From sequence record DRR723986_8021: a DNA stretch of 38,346 nucleotides; one strand, given 5' to 3'. Below, piece by piece: positions 1 through 9,270 of the stretch. The position numbers were made by a program, and so were the translations under genes. The notes below the pieces were generated by a model that saw only the letters and a program-made list of their open reading frames with translations, made no database searches and was not told the DNA's origin. Position 1 is the first letter of the stretch. Each line of letters starts with the position of its first letter.

Positions 1-339
1 GCCCTTCGCCAACAACGAGTGGCGGTTTTTGTTGCCGGCATGGCTGAATTAGCCGGTGTGAACTTTCAAACAGCATGGCAAATTTTCTCGGATACAGGCG
101 GTGAAAGTTTTGCAGTTATGGCCAAAGCGGTTGGCATTGAGCGCAGCCAGTTCACCAGTATCTATCTGTTGGTTGTACAGGCGCGGGATGGCAGTGCGCC
201 GAAGTCGCCCGGTGTGATTAAAGAAATTTTAGAGCTTTTTGACGCAACATCAGAGAGTAGTGCGCGAGGCGCTTTGCAGGTTTGGCAGCGAGACAGTGCC
301 TATCAAGAGGCGATCGAAGAGCTTGATAAGGTTGGGTAG
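1..339 (+). CDS. 3' end of a DUF2336-family protein (truncated by window start)
   Basis: Frame is open from base 1 to TAG at 337-339. The segment 'FVAGMAELAGV..TAWQIFSDTGGESFAVMAKAVGIERSQFTSIY' resembles the C-terminus of alphaproteobacterial DUF2336 proteins (recognition from memory). Confidence 0.6.
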   Translation, partial: ALRQQRVAVFVAGMAELAGVNFQTAWQIFSDTGGESFAVMAKAVGIERSQFTSIYLLVVQARDGSAPKSPGVIKEILELFDATSESSARGALQVWQRDSAYQEAIEELDKVG

Positions 340-383
340 AGACATGATTTGCTTGGCACCGTGCAGCATTGTTGGAGTGGTAT

Positions 384-2147
384 ATGACTGAGCGCCTCAC
401 AGAGGAGGGAAAGGTCGTGGATCTGCACGGGCACCGTGACAAGCGTTTGCCTGGGCTGGATGCTTTTCCTGCGTCTACGCAGCGGGCTACTGATCAAAAA
501 CCACCTGCCAACGAACAACTTATGGCAATGCTATCCAATATATTGGTGGATGAAACCTTGCCGTTTTATATGGCGACTTTAGACGGCACCGTAATTCATA
601 CTAACGAACATTATAATTACATTGACGGAGCGCTTGGTGACGTGACACTAGCGCCTGGTGCTGCGTGTGGCGCTTCAATTGACTCAACTTCGGGTGCTGT
701 TTCTAGCGTTGGTCAATTCCGGGTTTCGTCATTGCTGCCGATTATCAATGATGTTTTGGCCAGTGACACCACTGTGCGGGCAGAAGAAATTGTTACAATA
801 AAAGACCGTGAGCGGGTTTTCATGGGGCGCCATATGCCAGTGCGCAATGAACGCTGCGAAATTATTGCAGTGGCGGGTACATATGAAGATGTCACAATGC
901 AAATTCGCGGTGTTGAGGCTGCCAACAAGACCCAGGCGCAATTCCAAGACTTTGCGCGGGCAAGTTCTGACTGGTTCTTTGAATGCAGCGCTGACTTACG
1001 GGTCAGCTCCCTGTCCGACCGGTTCACCGCGATCATTGGGCAGCCTGCGTCGTTGTTTGTCGGCTCTCATTTCGAACAGTTTGGCCGATTTGAGAAAAAC
1101 CTGGAGGGTCGACTGGAAGGGCCTAGCGCGCTTTTGTCGCGTAAACCCTTTCGCGAACAACTATTTGTGGTGACAGGCCCCGGTGGGTCGGAACTGAAAT
1201 TCCACTTGTCTGGTGTCCCCGTGTTTGACCGTATAACCGGTGTTTTTGAGGGCTACCGCGGTGTTGGTATGGATGTTACAAGCCTATATGCACAGGCAGA
1301 AGAACGCCAACTGGCGAAAGACACATTAGAGAACCTTTTTGCCGAACTTACCCGCAATAACATTGCGCTCGATGAGGCAACGGAGCAGGCTAAAAGCGCG
1401 CTCAGAGCTAAAAACGAGTTTCTTGCGGCCATGAGCCACGAGCTGCGAACCCCACTGAATGCGATTATTGGATTTGCCGAAGCTTTTCAGCATCAAACTT
1501 TTGGTAAGCTGGATGACGCTTATATCGAATATTCCAAAGATATTCGCACGTCAGGCGAGCATCTTTTGAGCTTGATAAATGATATACTTGATGTCGCAGT
1601 CATTGAGGGAGGTGGTCTATCCCTACAACTGGAAAAAGTGGGTGTTGAGCAGCTTATTACAAAAGCCGTTCACATGAATATTGAAGCCGCCAGGTTTAAA
1701 AACCTGAAAACGTCTGCCCTCAATCTATCTACTAATTTAAGTGTTTTGGCTGACGAGCGCCGCGCTATACAAATTCTTGTAAACCTATTGTCCAATGCCA
1801 TCAAATTCACCCCCAAGGGCGGCGAAATTGGCTTAGAGCTTTTAAAAATCGGGGATCAACTTTCTCTTACGGTTTGGGACACTGGCGTTGGTATTTCTAT
1901 TGAGCAACAGGCAAGAATTTTTGATAAGTTTCATCAAGTTACCGAGCATATATATTCTCGCAGGCAGGAGGGTGCCGGGCTTGGCCTGCACATATCACGG
2001 CAACTCGCACGCAAAATGAACGGCGAACTATCAGTGGAAAGTGTTGAGGGTCAAGGGAGCAGATTCACCGTGACCTTACCCATTGCGACACAAGCAAACA
2101 TACAAGCCAATATGGACGCTAATTTGTATAGAATATCGCCTCTATAG
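384..2147 (+). CDS. Cytoplasmic PAS-PAS sensor histidine kinase, PleC/DivJ-like HisKA group
   Basis: H-box 'FLAAMSHELRTPLNAIIGFAE', N-box 'QILVNLLSNAIKFT', G1 'DTGVGI', G2 'GAGLGL'. Two PAS-like segments ('FQDFARASSDWFFE', 'GYRGVGMDVT'); no TM helix seen. ATG at 384 with GGAG at 374-377 is preferred over TTG at 369. Confidence 0.9.
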   Translation: MTERLTEEGKVVDLHGHRDKRLPGLDAFPASTQRATDQKPPANEQLMAMLSNILVDETLPFYMATLDGTVIHTNEHYNYIDGALGDVTLAPGAACGASIDSTSGAVSSVGQFRVSSLLPIINDVLASDTTVRAEEIVTIKDRERVFMGRHMPVRNERCEIIAVAGTYEDVTMQIRGVEAANKTQAQFQDFARASSDWFFECSADLRVSSLSDRFTAIIGQPASLFVGSHFEQFGRFEKNLEGRLEGPSALLSRKPFREQLFVVTGPGGSELKFHLSGVPVFDRITGVFEGYRGVGMDVTSLYAQAEERQLAKDTLENLFAELTRNNIALDEATEQAKSALRAKNEFLAAMSHELRTPLNAIIGFAEAFQHQTFGKLDDAYIEYSKDIRTSGEHLLSLINDILDVAVIEGGGLSLQLEKVGVEQLITKAVHMNIEAARFKNLKTSALNLSTNLSVLADERRAIQILVNLLSNAIKFTPKGGEIGLELLKIGDQLSLTVWDTGVGISIEQQARIFDKFHQVTEHIYSRRQEGAGLGLHISRQLARKMNGELSVESVEGQGSRFTVTLPIATQANIQANMDANLYRISPL

Positions 2148-2234
2148 AACAGAGGTGAAGCGCGTGAGCCAAATAAGGTGAGGGCCGTTCAATGTGCCAT
2201 CAGCATTAGCAAAGCCGCCCAAAAATTGAAATTG

Positions 2235-2993
2235 CTAGTAAATAAATTGTTCAGTAAAAATTCGTTCAGCCAGCGAATGTTCGGCGTCAAACATTATTTG
2301 CAGGTCTCTATCCCTAGCTTCTTCGATGAGCACATGGCGTACATCCCGCACTTCATGCATGTCGGCAACCGCAGAAACCGGGCGTTTTTGCGGCTGATTA
2401 ACCGTCACTTCAACTGAAACATTATGTGGCAGCAGGGCACCGCGCCATCTGCGTGGGCGAAAGGCCGAAAGCGGCGTTAAGGCTAACAGGTCAGACCCCA
2501 GCGGAATGATCGGTCCGTGAGCGGACAGGTTATAGGCGGTACTTCCTGCGGGTGTAGACACAAGTACACCGTCGCCCACCAATTCCGGTATGCGCACTTT
2601 GCCGTCAATGGCAACACGCATGTGTGCCGCTTGTCGGGTTTCGCGCAGCAGGGAAACCTCATTCACCGCCAAATATTCCACCACTTCGCCGTCACACCGT
2701 GTTGCCCGCATCCTTAGTGGGTGCAGTTTAAAAGTATCAGCTTTTGAAATCCGGTCCTGTAAATCATCAGATGAAAATTCATTCATTAGAAAGCCGACAG
2801 TGCCTTTATTCATGCCATAAATAGGTTTGCCAAAATCCATATAGGCATGAAGCGTTTGCAGCATGAAACCATCGCCGCCCAGTGCAACAATCACATCGGC
2901 CTCTTTAACGCCGACAGACTTCACCTTATTTTTCAGTGCTTTGGCCGCTTTTCCGGCGTCGCCAAAGTCACTGGCAATGATAGCTAATTTCAT
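2235..2993 (-). CDS. nadK: NAD kinase
   Basis: 'VALGGDGFML' (GGDG motif), 'AVNEVSL' (NE motif), 'GDGVLVSTPAGSTAYNLSAHGP'. Likely start is ATG at 2993; the ORF track extends to 3020. Confidence 0.93.
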   Translation of the reverse strand: MKLAIIASDFGDAGKAAKALKNKVKSVGVKEADVIVALGGDGFMLQTLHAYMDFGKPIYGMNKGTVGFLMNEFSSDDLQDRISKADTFKLHPLRMRATRCDGEVVEYLAVNEVSLLRETRQAAHMRVAIDGKVRIPELVGDGVLVSTPAGSTAYNLSAHGPIIPLGSDLLALTPLSAFRPRRWRGALLPHNVSVEVTVNQPQKRPVSAVADMHEVRDVRHVLIEEARDRDLQIMFDAEHSLAERIFTEQFIY

Positions 2994-3073
2994 AAACTGT
3001 CCGATTTTATTTAGCAGCATTATAGCTAAATACCGCTTTCATGCGAGCGTAAATTATTGAAGCCGATGGCTTG

Positions 3074-4102
3074 CTATCCGCCTGTTTGGCTCATGTGCCG
3101 ATTAACCTTGCCCACCATTTGACCATCGCTCATGGCAAATTCATGCCCTTTTGGCTTTAACCCCATGGCAGTATTCATTGCAGCGTTAAGCTCAGCCCCT
3201 TTGTCCTGCGACCGTAAGGCGGCGCGAAGGTCTACATGATCATCTTGCCCCAAACACATATATATTCTGCCGGTACAGGTTACGCGAATACGGTTACATC
3301 CATCGCAAAAATTATTGGTAAGCGGAGTGATGAGCCCAAGCCGGCTTTTGCCGTTGTTAACGGTGTAATATCGGGCCGGACCACCTGTACGGTGGGTGCT
3401 GGGCGTCAGCGTAAATGTTTGTTCCAGTTTATCTTTAACAGCCGTAAGCGGCAAATAACTGGACTCGCGGCCGTCTTCCACTTCGCCCAGTGGCATAGTT
3501 TCAATTAAGGTAAGGTCAAAGCCTTCGGCGTCCGCCCATTTCACCAGTTCAGGGATTTCCGCTTCGTTAAAGTTTCGCATGGCAACGGTGTTGATTTTTA
3601 CCTGAAGTCCAGCGGCTTTTGCTGCTTGAATACCTTCAAGAACTTCTTCCAGTTTATCCCGGCGGCTGATTGCTTTGAAGCTCTCTGCCGACAAAGTATC
3701 TAGTGAAACGTTAATGCGTTTGACGCCTGCGGCATACAGATCTGATGCCATGGCGGGTAGCTGGGTGCCATTTGTCGTTAATGTAAGTTCCTCCAGCTCG
3801 CCGTCTTTTACTTTTTGCCCAAGTTTGCGGATAAGCCATAGTATATTTTTACGCACAAGCGGTTCGCCGCCTGTTAGTCGAATGCGGCGCACGCCCCGCG
3901 CCATAAAGGCGAGGCTCAGTTCATAAAGCTCTTCCAGTGAAAGCACGTCACTCTTGGGTAAGAAAATCATGTCTTCAGCCATGCAGTAACGGCACCTAAG
4001 ATCACAGCGATCAGTAACCGACAGTCGCAAATAGTTGATTTTCCGGCCAAATTGGTCAGTCAACTGTGCGGTCGCGTCTTGTGGTTTTGTTGGTAGGTCC
4101 AT
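3074..4102 (-). CDS. moaA: GTP 3',8-cyclase (molybdenum cofactor biosynthesis, radical SAM)
   Basis: 'YLRLSVTDRCDLRCRYCM' (CxxxCxxC), 'LTGGEPL', C-terminal cluster 'FCDGCNRIRVT..YMCLG', terminal GG. Start uncertain (4102, 4120 or 4138). Confidence 0.96.
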   Translation of the reverse strand: MDLPTKPQDATAQLTDQFGRKINYLRLSVTDRCDLRCRYCMAEDMIFLPKSDVLSLEELYELSLAFMARGVRRIRLTGGEPLVRKNILWLIRKLGQKVKDGELEELTLTTNGTQLPAMASDLYAAGVKRINVSLDTLSAESFKAISRRDKLEEVLEGIQAAKAAGLQVKINTVAMRNFNEAEIPELVKWADAEGFDLTLIETMPLGEVEDGRESSYLPLTAVKDKLEQTFTLTPSTHRTGGPARYYTVNNGKSRLGLITPLTNNFCDGCNRIRVTCTGRIYMCLGQDDHVDLRAALRSQDKGAELNAAMNTAMGLKPKGHEFAMSDGQMVGKVNRHMSQTGG

Positions 4103-4276
4103 AGCGTGCAATGTTGGCATTAATCGTTTGTTCGTCAAGACAAACTGATGTGATCACGCAAAAACTATCTCATACACTGGCCGGCAGTCCTTGCCGGAAG
4201 CAGTTTTGCGAACTAGATTTGGCTAACGCACAGTAATTTGCGAAACTCGGTGCATTAAATTGGTAAGGATACCCAA

Positions 4277-4909
4277 ATGGAACTTGATGTTGTCATCGAT
4301 GTAGTTTGTCCATGGTGTTATGTGGGCAAAAAACAGTTGGATAAAGCGCTGGCCCTGCGCCCCGGTGTTGTAAAGCAAGTGCGGTGGCGTCCTTTTCAGC
4401 TCGCAAGCGATACACCGCAAGAGGGCGTTGACCGGGCCGAGCATTATGCTCGCAAGTTTGGCGATAGTCCGCAATATAAGGCCTCGCGTGAGCATTTGCT
4501 GAAAGTGGGAAAAGAATTGGGTATTGATTTTGACTTCGAAACCGATTGCCGCATCGCCAATACACTGGATGCACACCGCTTAATTCGGTGGGCCATATCA
4601 CCGGGTCTGCAAAACGAAATCGCAGAAGGTTTAATGAAAGCCTATTTTGTTGATTGCGCCTTTTTGGGTGACCATAACCTGTTGGTAGACGTGGCGCGTA
4701 TAGCAGGCATGGACGGAGACTTAGTTAGGGACCTTTTGAAAAGCGATAAGGATAAAGACTTAATTGCCAATGAAGTTCGCGAAGCCCATTCCAAGGGTAT
4801 TCAGGGTGTTCCCATGTTTATTTTTAACGGAAAATCGGGTGTGTCAGGTGCACAAGACAGTTCTGTTCTGGTTCAAGTGATTGATAAAATACAGGCAGAG
4901 GCCGCATAG
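4277..4909 (+). CDS. DsbA/FrnE-like thioredoxin-fold oxidoreductase
   Basis: 'DVVCPWCYVGK', 'WRPFQL', 'NTLDAHRL', 'GIQGVPMFIFN..SGAQ'; AAGGA ribosome site upstream. Confidence 0.92.
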   Translation: MELDVVIDVVCPWCYVGKKQLDKALALRPGVVKQVRWRPFQLASDTPQEGVDRAEHYARKFGDSPQYKASREHLLKVGKELGIDFDFETDCRIANTLDAHRLIRWAISPGLQNEIAEGLMKAYFVDCAFLGDHNLLVDVARIAGMDGDLVRDLLKSDKDKDLIANEVREAHSKGIQGVPMFIFNGKSGVSGAQDSSVLVQVIDKIQAEAA

Positions 4910-4926
4910 TGAAGCTTTTAACGTTC

Positions 4927-4955
4927 AAAAAAGGGGCGGCAAAACCGCCCCTTTT
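4927..4955. terminator. Bidirectional rho-independent terminator between convergent dsbA-like and porin genes
   Basis: AAAAAA-GGGGCGG-CAAAA-CCGCCCC-TTTT: perfect 7-bp GC stem flanked by A6 and T4. Confidence 0.88.
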
Positions 4956-5030
4956 GGGTCACGCGGGAGGTGCGTGAAAATTACTGGGTGCATCAGGGTA
5001 GCGATGGGGGAAACACCCAGTAAGTTTTGG
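4927..5030 (-). ncRNA. Candidate structured 3'-UTR-derived small RNA (three hairpins, C-rich single-stranded motifs)
   Basis: Minus strand reads TTACTGGGTG-tttcccc-CATC-gctaccct-GATG-CACCCAGTAA, then TCACGC-acctccc-GCGTGA, then the terminator hairpin. The structure is seen in sequence; existence as a discrete RNA is inference. Confidence 0.4.
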
Positions 5031-5037
5031 TTAGGCT

Positions 5038-5580
5038 CTAGAATTTCAGAAGTAGACCGCCTTTGGCTTGCCACTGGCCAACATCGTTTCCGTATGTGGT
5101 ATAGTCGCCGCCTAGACGGAAGCTAATATTCTCGGACAAGGCGCGCTCATATCCGCCGCCAAAGCGCCAACCGCCATCATTGAAGCTGTCGTTCGGTGTG
5201 CCAATTGGATCAAACGTAGCTTGGGCATATCCGGCCTTTCCGTATAAAAGGTTGTTACCATCACCAAAGGTTTGGCCCAGGATAATGGATGTTGACCATT
5301 CATATTCGGACTTCAGGCTAAGTGCAGCATTCTCATAGCCGCTGTCGCCAAAGGTGCCTTCAATACCAAACACCATGCCGCTGTCCATTTCCTGGCGTAG
5401 ACCAAGGACGCCGCCGTAATAAAGGCTGCGATCTCGCTCTATATCTCCGGCAAGCTTTGTCCAGTCAACGCCGACTTCAACTCCGCCGTATGGGCCGCTG
5501 AATGGTTTGGCATCCTGTGCGAATGCTGTTGTGCCCAAAATAGTGCTCATAGTGGCAATAATAAGGATCTTCGATTTCAT
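5038..5580 (-). CDS. Small outer-membrane beta-barrel protein (Omp25/RopB-like porin family)
   Basis: Signal peptide ending 'TTAFA', 'FSGPYGGVEVG' first strand, alternating beta-strand pattern, 'GWRFGGGYE', C-terminal Phe; GGAGG ribosome site. Confidence 0.88.
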   Translation of the reverse strand: MKSKILIIATMSTILGTTAFAQDAKPFSGPYGGVEVGVDWTKLAGDIERDRSLYYGGVLGLRQEMDSGMVFGIEGTFGDSGYENAALSLKSEYEWSTSIILGQTFGDGNNLLYGKAGYAQATFDPIGTPNDSFNDGGWRFGGGYERALSENISFRLGGDYTTYGNDVGQWQAKGGLLLKF

Positions 5581-5586
5581 TTTTTC

Positions 5587-5659
5587 CTCCAGAATCCTAT
5601 TGCTGTCAGTGTTCGGCAGTGAAATATCGCTGCCGACAACAAGGAAGATGGTTCTGGAG
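5587..5659 (-). promoter_or_regulatory. Long 5'-UTR hairpin that pairs with the porin Shine-Dalgarno sequence
   Basis: Minus strand CTCCAGAA (5659-5652) is complementary to TTCTGGAG (5594-5587), which overlaps the GGAGG. Nested pairings are TCCT/AGGA, TGTTGTC/GACAGCA and GGCAG/CTGCC. Confidence 0.5.
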
Positions 5660-5767
5660 TAGGGCGCTGAAATGGGCAGCGCGTGTCAGAAAAAAGAAAA
5701 ATTGTGGCGTTTTGTGGTCAGTCAGCTCAAATGTGGCAGGCGCCAGTTGTCCAATAAAGCATACGAA

Positions 5768-8700
5768 TTAGGTTGTCGTTGCAACGGCTGCCAGCTTGCG
5801 GGTGATTGCCGAGGCGGATTTCAAGCGTGTGTTTACCTTGTCCATACGAGCAAAATAAACCAGCTTATGGTCTGGGCGCAGTTTGGCCGTTTGGCCGGTT
5901 GCAGAGATAAATTCAATCAAGCCCGCAGGGTTGGCAAACTTATCCTCCCGGAAGCTTATGACTAAGCCTTTTGGTCCGGCTTCAAGCTTGTCTATACCTG
6001 CGCGTTTACTGTGGCCTTTAATGATCATGATTGCCGCCAATTGCTTCACCTCAGAGGGAAGAGGGCCAAACCGATCAATCAATTCAGCGCAGAAGGCATC
6101 AACGTCTTCACGGGTTTCAAGGTCGGCTAAGCGCCGGTAAAGAGCCATTCTTTGGGTGAGGTCAGGCACATACCCTTCAGGGATCATAACGGTTGCCCCC
6201 AAGTTTATCTGCGGCGACCAACTGGTCTCAGAGAAGTCATCTTCTGATTGTCCCGCGCGCGCCTCAGCCACGGCTTCTTCAAGCATTTTCTGGTACAATT
6301 CCACGCCAACCTCGCGGATATGACCAGATTGTTCGTCGCCGAGCAGGTTGCCGGCCCCGCGAATGTCCATGTCGTGGCTGGCAATTGAGAAACCAGCCCC
6401 CAGTGTGTCCAGCGCTTGCAGGACCTGAAGCCGTTTATCTGCATTTTCCGTTAGGCGTTTGCCTGCCGGTGTTGTCAGGTAAGCATAAGCCCGCGTTTTT
6501 GACCGGCCCACACGACCGCGAAGCTGGTAAAGCTGGGCAAGCCCGAACATTTCTGCGCGGTGGACAACCATTGTATTGGCCGTTGGAATATCAATGCCAG
6601 ATTCGATGATCGACGTTGACAAAAGCACGTCATAGCGCCCTTCGTAGAAGGCGGTCATAACATCTTCTATGGTCTTCGGTGCCATTTGGCCGTGCGCCAT
6701 AATGAATTTTACCTCAGGCACTTCTTCGCGCAGGAAGGTAGCAGCTTCTTCAAGGTCAGAAATGCGGGGACAGACATAAAAGCTTTGGCCGCCGCGGTAA
6801 TGTTCGCGCAGTAAGGCTTCGCGCACCACCATTGGGTCAAACGGCAATACAAATGTTCTAACCGCCAGCCGGTCAACTGGCGGTGTGGCAATAAGCGATA
6901 GATCTCGAATACCCGACATCGCCATTTGAAGTGTGCGGGGGATCGGCGTTGCGGTCAGCGTGAGGACATGAACATTTGCTTTCAGTTCCTTCAGCTTTTC
7001 TTTGTGACCAACCCCGAAATGTTGTTCCTCGTCAACAATCAACAACCCCATGTCCTTAAACTCTATGTCTTTGGCCAACATAGCGTGGGTGCCAATAACA
7101 ATGTCGATGGTGCCTTGGCGCATTTCTTCTTTTGTGGCTTTCAGTTCCTTAGCTGAAACAAGCCGTGAAAGTTGGCCAATGCGAACCGGAAGCCCTTTGA
7201 AACGCTCTGTAAAGTTCAGGTAATGCTGGCGCGTAAGCAGGGTTGTTGGGGCCACAATAGCAACCTGATGCCCTTCCATAACCGCAAGGAAAGCGGCCCT
7301 AAGGGCAACTTCGGTTTTGCCGAAGCCTACATCGCCGCACACAAGGCGGTCCATAGGCTTGCCGGAAGAAAGGTCGCTGATAACATCAGTGATGGAGCGT
7401 AGCTGATCGTCGGTTTCTGTGTAGGGGAAGCGGGCGCAAAATTCGTCGTACATGCCTTCCTGTATAGTAATGCGCTGGCCTTCCTTGAGCGCGCGAGCAG
7501 CAGCCAGTTTTATCAGTTGGTCCGCCATCTCGCGGATGCGTTTTTTCATCTTGGCTTTGCGGCCTTGCCATGCAACACCGCCCAGCTTGTCTAGTTGGCC
7601 GCCACCATCTTCGCTGCCATAGCGCGAGAGTATTTCAATATTTTCAACCGGCACATAGAGCTTGTCACCACCAAGGTAAGAGAGCAGAAGGCAATCATGG
7701 CCCGCGCCCGATACGGTGACGGTCTCTAAACCTTCAAACTTGCCGATTCCGTGGCTTACATGAACGACCAGGTCGCCGGGCGCGAGCGTACTTGCCTCTT
7801 TGAGGAAATTATCCGCTCGTTTGTTACGGCGCGACTTGCGAACCAGACGGTCGCCCAGCACGTCTTGCTCTGAAATGATTGCAAGATCATCTGTCTCGAA
7901 CCCACTTTCCAGTGGCAACACAGTAACAGCAATGGCCGTTTTGTTGGCGGTGCGAATATCAGCCCAGCTTTCTGCAAGCCCAACAGGCGCAAGGCCGTGA
8001 TCTTCCAGCACGCCTTTCATGCGGTCGGCAGCGCCGGCAGAATAACAAGTAAAAACCACCCGTTTATCGTTCTTGCGGAGAGCGACAACATGGTCGCGCA
8101 CAGCATCGTAAACGTTAATTTCTTTGTTATTGCGCTCAGGCCCAAAGTTCCGGCCTTGCTTGGCGTCAAAGGAAACAACGTTTAATGCTGCAGGCTCATC
8201 AAACGGTGTGAAGCGTTCAACATTGAGGTCTTCGAGAATGTCGTTCCATTGGTTTTCTGTCAGATACAGCTTGGACGCCGGAACTGGCTTATAGGGAGGT
8301 GTTCTATTATCCCTGTTCTGGCGCATGATCTCCCATGCTTCTTGCCGGCTATCATGGTAATCATTGATCGCTTTTTGTCGCTCAGAGGCAGCTTCGTCCG
8401 CTTGGTGGTCCAGTGAAAACACTGGATTATCCATATAGTCAAATATTGTCGAAAGGGTCTCATGAAACAAAGGCAGCCAATGCTCAGCGCCTTGATACTT
8501 GCGGCCTTCGCTAATGCTTTCGTACAATATGTCGTCCGACCGGGCAGGGCCAAACATAGCAACATAGTTTTTGCGAAAGCGTTTGATGGCATCAGCGTCC
8601 AAAGCATATTCACTGGCGGGCTTCAGGTGCAGCACATTGGTTGTGCCGGTTGTGCGCTGGTCTAGTGGGTCAAACCGGCGGATGGTGTCAAGCTCATCAC

Positions 8701-9268
8701 CAAAAAAGTCCAGTCTGAGCGGCTCTTTGTGGGCCGGCGGGAACAGGTCAATCAGGCCGCCTCTAACGGCAAACTCGCCGGGTTCCATCACTTGGCTGGA
8801 CCGGTTGTAGCCGTTGGCCGCCAGAAAATCTGTTAATTCCTTCATATCAACGCGGTCGCCCGGTTCGGCATGGAAGGTCGCGGTTTTCAACGCTTCGCGA
8901 GCAGGCATGCGCTGCAGAGCAGCATTGATGGTGGTGAGCACTAGCCGTGGTTTTTTGAGGGTTGATTTTGTCAGGGCAGACAAGGCTGCCATTCGGCGGG
9001 CGACAATATCACTTTGCGGACCAACCCGATCGTAGGGAAGGCAGTCCCATGCGGGCAAGGTGATGATCTCTAATTTGGGGGCAAAAAACCGAACGGCGGT
9101 TTCCAGCATGGAAAGGCGGGCATCATCACTGGTAACGTGCAAAACGGGCCGCTTTGCGTCAGAAAAGGCTCGCTCGGTCAGGTCTGCGAGCAGCATGGCG
9201 TCGAAGCCGCTCGTCACGCGTGCCAGCGTTAAAGGCTGCTCGTTATGGATAAGATCGTCAAAATTCAT
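5768..9268 (-). CDS. mfd: Transcription-repair coupling factor
   Basis: 1166 aa; 'LPAWDCLPYDR', 'GEFAVRGGLIDLF', CarD-like 'GDLVVHVSHGIG', 'CGDVGFGKTEVA', 'DEEQHFGV', 'QLRGRVGRS', TRG motif 'DMDIRGAGNLLG', C-terminal 'ELIDRFGPLP'. Confidence 0.98.
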   Translation of the reverse strand: MNFDDLIHNEQPLTLARVTSGFDAMLLADLTERAFSDAKRPVLHVTSDDARLSMLETAVRFFAPKLEIITLPAWDCLPYDRVGPQSDIVARRMAALSALTKSTLKKPRLVLTTINAALQRMPAREALKTATFHAEPGDRVDMKELTDFLAANGYNRSSQVMEPGEFAVRGGLIDLFPPAHKEPLRLDFFGDELDTIRRFDPLDQRTTGTTNVLHLKPASEYALDADAIKRFRKNYVAMFGPARSDDILYESISEGRKYQGAEHWLPLFHETLSTIFDYMDNPVFSLDHQADEAASERQKAINDYHDSRQEAWEIMRQNRDNRTPPYKPVPASKLYLTENQWNDILEDLNVERFTPFDEPAALNVVSFDAKQGRNFGPERNNKEINVYDAVRDHVVALRKNDKRVVFTCYSAGAADRMKGVLEDHGLAPVGLAESWADIRTANKTAIAVTVLPLESGFETDDLAIISEQDVLGDRLVRKSRRNKRADNFLKEASTLAPGDLVVHVSHGIGKFEGLETVTVSGAGHDCLLLSYLGGDKLYVPVENIEILSRYGSEDGGGQLDKLGGVAWQGRKAKMKKRIREMADQLIKLAAARALKEGQRITIQEGMYDEFCARFPYTETDDQLRSITDVISDLSSGKPMDRLVCGDVGFGKTEVALRAAFLAVMEGHQVAIVAPTTLLTRQHYLNFTERFKGLPVRIGQLSRLVSAKELKATKEEMRQGTIDIVIGTHAMLAKDIEFKDMGLLIVDEEQHFGVGHKEKLKELKANVHVLTLTATPIPRTLQMAMSGIRDLSLIATPPVDRLAVRTFVLPFDPMVVREALLREHYRGGQSFYVCPRISDLEEAATFLREEVPEVKFIMAHGQMAPKTIEDVMTAFYEGRYDVLLSTSIIESGIDIPTANTMVVHRAEMFGLAQLYQLRGRVGRSKTRAYAYLTTPAGKRLTENADKRLQVLQALDTLGAGFSIASHDMDIRGAGNLLGDEQSGHIREVGVELYQKMLEEAVAEARAGQSEDDFSETSWSPQINLGATVMIPEGYVPDLTQRMALYRRLADLETREDVDAFCAELIDRFGPLPSEVKQLAAIMIIKGHSKRAGIDKLEAGPKGLVISFREDKFANPAGLIEFISATGQTAKLRPDHKLVYFARMDKVNTRLKSASAITRKLAAVATTT

Positions 9269-9270
9269 AA

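Noticed and set aside
4139-4276. Possible Moco riboswitch upstream of moaA
   Set aside because: Short divergent spacer with no multi-stem structure that I could support by eye; an Rfam scan would settle it.
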